From: an uncultured Myxococcales bacterium
Lineage (GTDB): Bacteria > Myxococcota > UBA4151
Length of the DNA stretch: 16,074 nt
Direction: 5' to 3'
NCBI GenBank assembly: GCA_964013405.1
Contig: CAXGWI010000080.1
Location: forward strand, 1-16,074
Shown here: in pieces, positions 1-6,079 of the stretch
Numbering within the stretch: position 1 is the stretch's first letter
How the letters are laid out: the number at the start of each line of letters is the position of its first letter
The notes under the pieces: generated by a model
What the model saw: only the letters and a program-made list of their open reading frames with translations
The model's database searches: none
Told to the model about the DNA's origin: nothing
Position numbers and translations under genes: made by a program

Positions 1-83
1 GATTTACGGCATCGCCCACCGAGCCAGCGAATGGATTGCGGCATTATAACTTAGCCCGGACGAGCTGAGCACTGTGGCTGTCG

Positions 84-1274
84 TTAGTTCTTCGGACCAC
101 GCAGCACTGCACCACCTCGAACCACAAGGTTGGGGGCAAACGTGTCCGGGATCGTTTCGAAGACCTCTCGGCTCACCGCACAAAGATCGGCCCGCTTGCC
201 GGCCGCAAGCACCCCTCGGTCGTCGAGGGCACAAGCGATGGCCCCTTCTCGAGTCGCTGAGCGCCAGCAGTCGTGGATGGCCATCCCCGCTTCACGGAAA
301 GCCGCCATTTCATCGGCGATATTGCCGTGGGGGTTGGCTGGGGTGCCCGCGTCGGTACCGCAGGCGATAGAACAGCCAGCCTCCATGGCTCGCCGGAAAC
401 TGTCCAGATGGGGCGGGTGGCTTTCAGCGATTTTTTCGAGAATCGACTGGGGGAGTTGGTCGCCGAGTCGCTGCATTGCCCGGAGGGCCGCAAAGGTCGG
501 CACCATGACCTGGCCTTCTTTTGCCATGGTTTCGATGGCCCAATCGGAGAGCCAAAAGCCATGTTCGATGCTGTGGACACCGGCCCGCAGGGCATTGTTG
601 ATCCCCTCGGCCCCCTGCGCATGAGCGGCGACGATTTTACCGGCCTTGCGAGCCTCCTCGCAGACCGCTGCCATCTCCGCTTCGGTGAGTTGGGCTGCAC
701 CGGGCTGGACACCGTGGGTCAGCACGCCCCCCGTCGCAATCACCTTGAGCAGCCGCGCGCCATCCATGAGGTTTTGACGAGCGGCTTTGCGGGCTTCGTC
801 GGGACTGTCCACCTGGACGCCCAAGAGACAGGCGTGACCCCCGGTCATGGCGATGAGCTTGCCGCTGGCAAAGACCTGGGGCCCTTCCACCCGTTCTTCA
901 TCCACGAGATGTTGCATTTCGAGGTCGATGCCATGGAGGCCACCAACGTCTCGAATCGTGGTGACGCCGGCATCGAGATGGGCTTTGAGGCCGGCGAGGG
1001 CCCGATGGGTCATCCGGGCCGGGTGTTCGGCCAACGCGTCCTTAAAGGGATCGAGACTGGCCGACAGGCAGAGGTGGGTATGCACATCGATCAAGCCAGG
1101 CAGCAAGACGCCATCGACCGTTACCTCCTGATGACCTTTCTGGCGCAGGACCTTCGTGGGGCCCACGGCCTCGATGAGGCCATCGGTAGTGACCAAGACA
1201 CTCGCCTGTTCTTGGAGTTCGTGATCACCGCCATCGGCGGTAAAAACAGCATCAGCGCTAAAGAGTGTTTTCAT
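84..1274 (-). CDS. Metal-dependent amidohydrolase family protein (Xaa-Pro dipeptidase/carboxypeptidase-like subgroup), 396 aa
   Basis: Amidohydrolase motifs in order: LLPGLIDVHTHL (HxH), GVTTIRDVGG, LKVIATGGV (carboxylated Lys position), VAAHAQG, SIEHG, CGTDAG (catalytic Asp), and a C-terminal GVLAAGKRADL. No signal peptide. Confidence 0.92.
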   Translation of the reverse strand: MKTLFSADAVFTADGGDHELQEQASVLVTTDGLIEAVGPTKVLRQKGHQEVTVDGVLLPGLIDVHTHLCLSASLDPFKDALAEHPARMTHRALAGLKAHLDAGVTTIRDVGGLHGIDLEMQHLVDEERVEGPQVFASGKLIAMTGGHACLLGVQVDSPDEARKAARQNLMDGARLLKVIATGGVLTHGVQPGAAQLTEAEMAAVCEEARKAGKIVAAHAQGAEGINNALRAGVHSIEHGFWLSDWAIETMAKEGQVMVPTFAALRAMQRLGDQLPQSILEKIAESHPPHLDSFRRAMEAGCSIACGTDAGTPANPHGNIADEMAAFREAGMAIHDCWRSATREGAIACALDDRGVLAAGKRADLCAVSREVFETIPDTFAPNLVVRGGAVLRGPKN

Positions 1275-1349
1275 GGGCTCACCCTGACGGGCTTGGCTCG
1301 AACTGGCAAGAGCCGGTCACAGTCGATATAAACCACCCAAGGTTGGGAC

Positions 1350-3299
1350 ATGGCACTGAGAACGATCGTTGTTGTCGCATGGGTGGGGCTCGGTTGTGCC
1401 TCCCAGATCACACCACCGGTTGATCCGACCGACCGGGGGCCGAATGTCGGCCCGACCAACGACTGTGGCGATGGCCAGCTTCAGGCCGATGAACAATGTG
1501 ATGATGGCAACGAGAGCAATGCCGATGGCTGTCTAAACATGTGTCGGCTGGCCCGCTGTGGTGATGGCGTGGTTCGGTCCGAAGCCAACGAGGGGGGCGA
1601 GCCCCATGAGGTCTGCGACCAAGCGGACCGCAACGGCCTCCATGACCAAGGTTGCCAGAACGATTGTCAGTGTCCCGATGGCTGGAGCCATGGTGAAGGG
1701 CGCTGCATTGGGCCAGAGGGTTGTCATGAAGCGGCCGGAAGCCCTTGCGGTGATTGTGGTATTTTTGACTGCGAGGGCGCCTGTGTTGGCGAACAACCCC
1801 TGAATGCCTGTGGTGCCTGCGGTTCACTCCCCGAGACCTACGGCGACCCTTGCGGCTGCGATGGCCTGATCGATTGCTTTGGCCGTTGCATTGGCGACAC
1901 GTGTTCGACCTGTGGTGACGGACAGGTGGATGAAGGGGAAGCTTGCGATGACGGGAACCGGGTGGATACCGACGCTTGTACCTCCGCCTGTGAGACCGCT
2001 CGCTGTGGTGATGGGTTTGTTCACGCAGGGGTTGAGGTCTGCGATGATGGCAATCTCATCGCCACCGATCGGTGCCGGAGTGATTGCCAAGAGGCTCAGT
2101 GTGGTGACGGGATCCTGTTTGCAGAGGAAGAGGCCTGCGACGATGGCAACAGGAGCGAAAACGACGCCTGCCTCAATGACTGTGCTCCGGCCCGATGCGG
2201 CGATGGTCATCTCTTCGAGGGCTTTGAAGCCTGTGATGATGGCAATGAGGCTGCCGGCGACGCTTGTACCAATGAATGCGAACTCGCCCGGTGCGGCGAT
2301 GGGATTCAGCGGCTCGACCTGAGCGAAGGCGAAGCAGGATTCGAGGCCTGTGATGATGGCAACGATGCCAATACCGATGGCTGCATTGCTGGCTGTCTCT
2401 TGGCCCGTTGTGGTGATGGTCATCTCCACGATGGGGTGGAAGGCTGCGATGATGGCAACGATGCCAATACCGATGGCTGTCTGAACAACTGTGAGGTCGC
2501 TCGCTGCGGCGATGGCGTTCGCCATGAGGGAGAGGAGGCCTGCGACGATGGCAATCGAGAGAATACCGATGCCTGCACCAACGCTTGCCAGCCCAACCGC
2601 TGCGGCGATGGGGCCTGGTGGGTCGGCGAGGAAGAGTGTGACGATGGGAACGCGGACAATGGTGACGCGTGCCTGGACAACTGTGAGGAAGCCCGTTGTG
2701 GTGATGGCCTTGTCCAGCGCCAGGTTGAGCAGTGTGACGATGGGAACGACAACAACCAGGACGGCTGCTTAGATACCTGCCGGTCCAATACCTGTGGTGA
2801 TGGTCATCGCCATGCGGGCGTTGAGGCCTGCGACGACGGCAACAACCGGAACAACGATGCCTGTGTCGGCGATTGCCGGCCCGCCCAATGTGGCGATGGT
2901 TATACCCAGGCTGGCGTTGAAGCCTGCGATGATGGCAACGGCAGCAATCAGGACGCCTGCTTAAACGACTGCCAAACAAACCGCTGTGGTGATGGGCACG
3001 TCCACCGAGGTGTTGAGGAATGTGACTTCGGCCCCGGGAACAACACGGGCGGACCCCACGGCTGCCGTCCCAACTGTACGCAAGTGCGTTGCGGCGATGG
3101 GATCCATGACCAGGGCGAACAATGCGACGATGGAGCCAACAACGGCGACGTCGCCGATGCCTGTCGAGCGAATTGTCGAACCCCCCGGTGTGGCGATAAC
3201 ATCGTGGATACCGGGGAGGAATGCGATAGCATCGAGCTCTTTGACGGTGGGATTTGCACCTTGGGCTGCTTGTGGAACCGTGGGTTTCCTATCCCATGA
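1350..3299 (+). CDS. Cys-rich repeat lipoprotein (DUF4215 / Myxococcus cysteine-rich repeat type), 649 aa
   Basis: Signal peptide with lipobox (MALRTIVVVAWVGLG-C). Contains 16 units of CGDG-x6-7-E-x-CDDGN-x4-D-x-C-x3-C. No catalytic domain seen. Confidence 0.9.
   Translation: MALRTIVVVAWVGLGCASQITPPVDPTDRGPNVGPTNDCGDGQLQADEQCDDGNESNADGCLNMCRLARCGDGVVRSEANEGGEPHEVCDQADRNGLHDQGCQNDCQCPDGWSHGEGRCIGPEGCHEAAGSPCGDCGIFDCEGACVGEQPLNACGACGSLPETYGDPCGCDGLIDCFGRCIGDTCSTCGDGQVDEGEACDDGNRVDTDACTSACETARCGDGFVHAGVEVCDDGNLIATDRCRSDCQEAQCGDGILFAEEEACDDGNRSENDACLNDCAPARCGDGHLFEGFEACDDGNEAAGDACTNECELARCGDGIQRLDLSEGEAGFEACDDGNDANTDGCIAGCLLARCGDGHLHDGVEGCDDGNDANTDGCLNNCEVARCGDGVRHEGEEACDDGNRENTDACTNACQPNRCGDGAWWVGEEECDDGNADNGDACLDNCEEARCGDGLVQRQVEQCDDGNDNNQDGCLDTCRSNTCGDGHRHAGVEACDDGNNRNNDACVGDCRPAQCGDGYTQAGVEACDDGNGSNQDACLNDCQTNRCGDGHVHRGVEECDFGPGNNTGGPHGCRPNCTQVRCGDGIHDQGEQCDDGANNGDVADACRANCRTPRCGDNIVDTGEECDSIELFDGGICTLGCLWNRGFPIP
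1911..3270 (+). repeat. Coding tandem array of 14 Cys-rich repeats of about 96 bp (32 aa); two more units lie at about 1464-1670
   Basis: TGY-GGY-GAY-GGN (CGDG) recurs about every 96 nt. The units are degenerate at DNA level, except for one identical 32-bp block at 2352-2383 and 2448-2479. Confidence 0.92.
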
Positions 3300-5107
3300 T
3301 GGGAAGACGACAGCGTTGCTTGGAGTTGGGTGGAATCGGCCGGTTTGGGCCGATGGTGGCTTTGTTTGTCGGCTTGGCCTGCACTCCAAACCCACAGCCG
3401 CAGGTGCCGCTCGCCGGTAGCGACGGGGGACCCGGGGTTGGCCTGGAGCCTGAAGCGAAACGGGCTCGAAGAGCTTTGGTCATTGGGGTCGATGGCCTTC
3501 GCTACGATGCTTTTCGCACCGTCGATACCCCACGGATGGACGGGCTTGGAGCCAATGGTCTGGTCTTAAGGGCTAGCACCCAACTCAGCGGTGATACCGT
3601 CAGTGGTCCCGGCTGGGCCTCGATCCTGACCGGTGTGGAAGTGAGTCGCCATGGGATTCGCGCAAATGGTGGCTGGGACGGCTTCAACCGAGACCATAAG
3701 AGTTTCCTTTGGCGAGCCCGTCACGATCTGGGTTTGAAGACCTTTGCGGCCTGTCATTGGGCGCCGATCCTCGATTCGATTCTTGAAGAAGACGGGGCCC
3801 ATCAGACGGCCCGCGGCGATGATGATGAGGTGACGGAGGCTGCGGTGGCGGCGGTCTCGGGAGGGGAGCACGATCTTCTTTTTGTGCATCTAGATGATGT
3901 GGACCACGCCGGTCACGGCCATGGTTTTGACCCCTATCAAGCGGAGTATGCACAGGCCATCGAAGCCACCGACCTCAGGGTGGGACGCCTTCTCGATGCG
4001 ATCAGCGCGCAGACCGAGACGGACTGGCTGGTGATCATCGTGACCGATCACGGCGGCGAAGGTCGGGACCATGGCCCCCGTAATCCGGCCAATCGCATCA
4101 TCCCTCAAATCATCGCTGGGGCTGGTGTGAACCGGGACTATCTTGAGGGCACGGCAAGCCATTTGGATGTCCATCCAACGGTGCTCCGCTATTTGGGGAT
4201 GCCCATGACGGATCTACTCGACCTCGACGGTCGGGTTTATGGTCTCTTTGATGAGGGCCATTGCATCGATGGGCTCGACAATGACGGCGATGGCGTCGCT
4301 GATTGCGACGATGAAGATTGTGAAGGCCATCCCCTCTGTGCGGAAGGCCTGGGGGCCTGTCCTGACGGAGATTTGGCAGCCAGCGTGGGCGAATCTCGCT
4401 ACCGAGGGGTCGGTTTGTCTCAGGTCAGTCGTTATGGCGGCAGTTGTGGCGGCAGCGAGGGGCGAGAACGAGCCTTGACCTGGCAAGCCCCGGCCGCCGA
4501 CCGATATGCGATCAATACCATCGGCTCCGATCTCAACACGGTGATCTATGTGCGGGCCGGCTGCGAGGGCGAGGAATTGGCCTGTAACGACAACTATTTC
4601 GATGGGCCTCGGGAGGATGTTCCGATCAACTGGGAAAGCGGTTTGTGGGTAGATGCAGAGGCCGGCCAATCCTTGGCGATCTTCGTCGATGTCGTCGATG
4701 CTCAACTTCAGGGCACGGTACAACTCAACATCCACGGCTTGAGCGCCAGTTGTTCAGAAGAGGACCTGGGCCAAGTCGAGGGGGCTCGAGTTGCCTTTGG
4801 CAACAATTCGGAGGCCCCCAGTCGCTTTCCTGCCCGTTGTGCGGGCATGGGCCGAGACAGGACCTTGCGTTGGACGGCACCGCGCTCGGGACGTTTTCGC
4901 ATCGATACCGAGGGCAGCGACTTTGATACGATGTTGACGGTGATGGATGGCGACTGCCTCGAAGAGTTGGCCTGTAACGACGATGGCGGCGAAGGCCAGC
5001 GAAGCCGCCTGGAACGAGAATTCGACGGCGGAGAGACGGTCAACATCGTGATCGGTGGGTTTCGAGGGCGGATGGGTAACTGGATCCTTAACATTGAGGC
5101 CCTCTAA
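3296..5107 (+). CDS. Alkaline phosphatase superfamily (NPP/phosphodiesterase-like) lipoprotein with a Cys/Asp-rich motif and two PPC-like C-terminal modules
   Basis: Motifs LVIGVDGLR, TVSGPGWASILTG (Ser nucleophile), HLDDVDHAGH and VTDHGG. Lipobox VGLA-C. Start moved to ATG 3296, which overlaps the upstream TGA (ATGA); ATG 3353 is an alternative. The C-terminus has CIDGLDNDGDGVADCDDEDC and two copies of I[N/D]TxGSDx[N/D]T...ELACND. Confidence 0.88.
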   Translation: MMGRRQRCLELGGIGRFGPMVALFVGLACTPNPQPQVPLAGSDGGPGVGLEPEAKRARRALVIGVDGLRYDAFRTVDTPRMDGLGANGLVLRASTQLSGDTVSGPGWASILTGVEVSRHGIRANGGWDGFNRDHKSFLWRARHDLGLKTFAACHWAPILDSILEEDGAHQTARGDDDEVTEAAVAAVSGGEHDLLFVHLDDVDHAGHGHGFDPYQAEYAQAIEATDLRVGRLLDAISAQTETDWLVIIVTDHGGEGRDHGPRNPANRIIPQIIAGAGVNRDYLEGTASHLDVHPTVLRYLGMPMTDLLDLDGRVYGLFDEGHCIDGLDNDGDGVADCDDEDCEGHPLCAEGLGACPDGDLAASVGESRYRGVGLSQVSRYGGSCGGSEGRERALTWQAPAADRYAINTIGSDLNTVIYVRAGCEGEELACNDNYFDGPREDVPINWESGLWVDAEAGQSLAIFVDVVDAQLQGTVQLNIHGLSASCSEEDLGQVEGARVAFGNNSEAPSRFPARCAGMGRDRTLRWTAPRSGRFRIDTEGSDFDTMLTVMDGDCLEELACNDDGGEGQRSRLEREFDGGETVNIVIGGFRGRMGNWILNIEAL

Positions 5108-5161
5108 TACCCCCTGCGTTTCGCTTTTCCCCAAGGGGTAGCCTTTGTTCTAGGGAGCGCG

Positions 5162-6046
5162 ATGATGGCGCCTTCACACTCTATCGTCATCCTCTGCCTC
5201 GTGGCCGCCTGCGCTGCACCAAGGGCAGTGACGGAGACCGGACAAGTGACGCCCCACCAGCAACTGCGAGGCGGGGTGACCTACAGCTTCAATGGGGCAT
5301 CGGCGACGGCCGGCGAACTTTTCGATGGTTTCTCAGCCGCTGTAGATGCGGTCGTTGAGGATGAGGCGCCCACCTATGATGACACGGCCCGAGGACTGAG
5401 CGAGGGGCTAATCGCCTTTGCTGTGGACCCCTCTGGCTCCAGTGGGGATATCTGGATGCGTTATGGTCTCAGGGACCGAATGGACCTCGGTTATCGCTTT
5501 GCTTCTGGGACGCACATCTTTGACAGCCGCTTTCAGTTTCTCGGCTCAGCCAAGGATCCAACGAAGCTTTGGAGTGGCTCCATCGGCATCCAGTATTCAT
5601 CCCAGTCCTTCGAGATGCCCTCTTTGCTGGGACTGGACAAACTCCAAAGCGCTTTTGGTTTTGAGGCCAAACGCCAAGACATTCTCTTGCCCGTGATCAT
5701 CAGTCGGTCTTTTGGGGCCAAGGAGAAGTATGGGGCTTTCACCATGGGGCTCGTCTTGGGCCGGGTTGGACTCGATTACGGGTTTAAACCCATCAAGCTG
5801 GTGGAAGAGGTCTCGGGGAATGCCGTCGGAGGAACGCCCTTAGAGGCTATCCACGACGAACAGTCCTACCTCACCTACGGCGGCTTTGGCAGCGTGAAGG
5901 CCGGCTACAAGCGGATCTACCTGCTGGCGAGTCTGGGTGTTTATTATCAGGACTATGGGACCTATCAGCTGCTGGATGATCACGAGATCAGTCTCTCAGG
6001 TTTCACCATCGTGCCCAGCCTTGGTGCAGAGTTTCGGCTTCGTTGA
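5162..6046 (+). CDS. Hypothetical lipoprotein, probable outer-membrane beta-barrel-like protein, 294 aa
   Basis: GGGAG ribosome-binding site precedes ATGATG. Lipobox LVAA-C. Many alternating aromatic/Gly strands (MRYGL, DLGYRF, SIGIQYS, LGVYYQ) and a terminal strand VPSLGAEFRLR. Confidence 0.7.
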   Translation: MMAPSHSIVILCLVAACAAPRAVTETGQVTPHQQLRGGVTYSFNGASATAGELFDGFSAAVDAVVEDEAPTYDDTARGLSEGLIAFAVDPSGSSGDIWMRYGLRDRMDLGYRFASGTHIFDSRFQFLGSAKDPTKLWSGSIGIQYSSQSFEMPSLLGLDKLQSAFGFEAKRQDILLPVIISRSFGAKEKYGAFTMGLVLGRVGLDYGFKPIKLVEEVSGNAVGGTPLEAIHDEQSYLTYGGFGSVKAGYKRIYLLASLGVYYQDYGTYQLLDDHEISLSGFTIVPSLGAEFRLR

Positions 6047-6079
6047 TCGCTGGGCCTGAGGGGGCCTTCGCCTTCGATC

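Noticed and set aside
84..1274. Amidohydrolase as guanine deaminase partnering XDH
   Set aside because: Its motif pattern (KVIATGG, AHAQG, IEHG, GTDAG) fits the dipeptidase-like subgroup. It lacks the HxxE deaminase signature and lies 7 kb from xdh.
273..1331. 352-aa plus-strand ORF
   Set aside because: It is the antisense shadow of the motif-rich amidohydrolase and has no recognisable motifs. Long antisense ORFs are common in GC-rich DNA.
121..1347. CAAGGTTGGG occurring at about 125 and about 1338
   Set aside because: A 10-bp match with one copy inside coding sequence and no transposase nearby, compatible with chance.
1408..2979. His/Arg-rich and Ile/Ala-rich minus-strand ORFs (1408..1827, 1824..2525, 2173..2979)
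   Set aside because: They are reverse-complement read-outs of the Cys/Asp/Gly repeat codons.
1911..3270. Periodic array as a possible CRISPR
   Set aside because: The units are degenerate at third codon positions, stay in frame and encode CGDG repeats. There is no invariant repeat/unique spacer pattern and no cas genes.
3254..3360. Programmed frameshift or split gene fusing the Cys-repeat protein to the phosphatase
   Set aside because: The downstream gene has its own signal peptide/lipobox and a standard ATGA overlap. No slippery heptamer was seen.
5108..5140. TACCCC...GGGGTA inverted repeat as an intrinsic terminator
   Set aside because: The stem is short with a long loop and only a weak U-tract, too weak to call.
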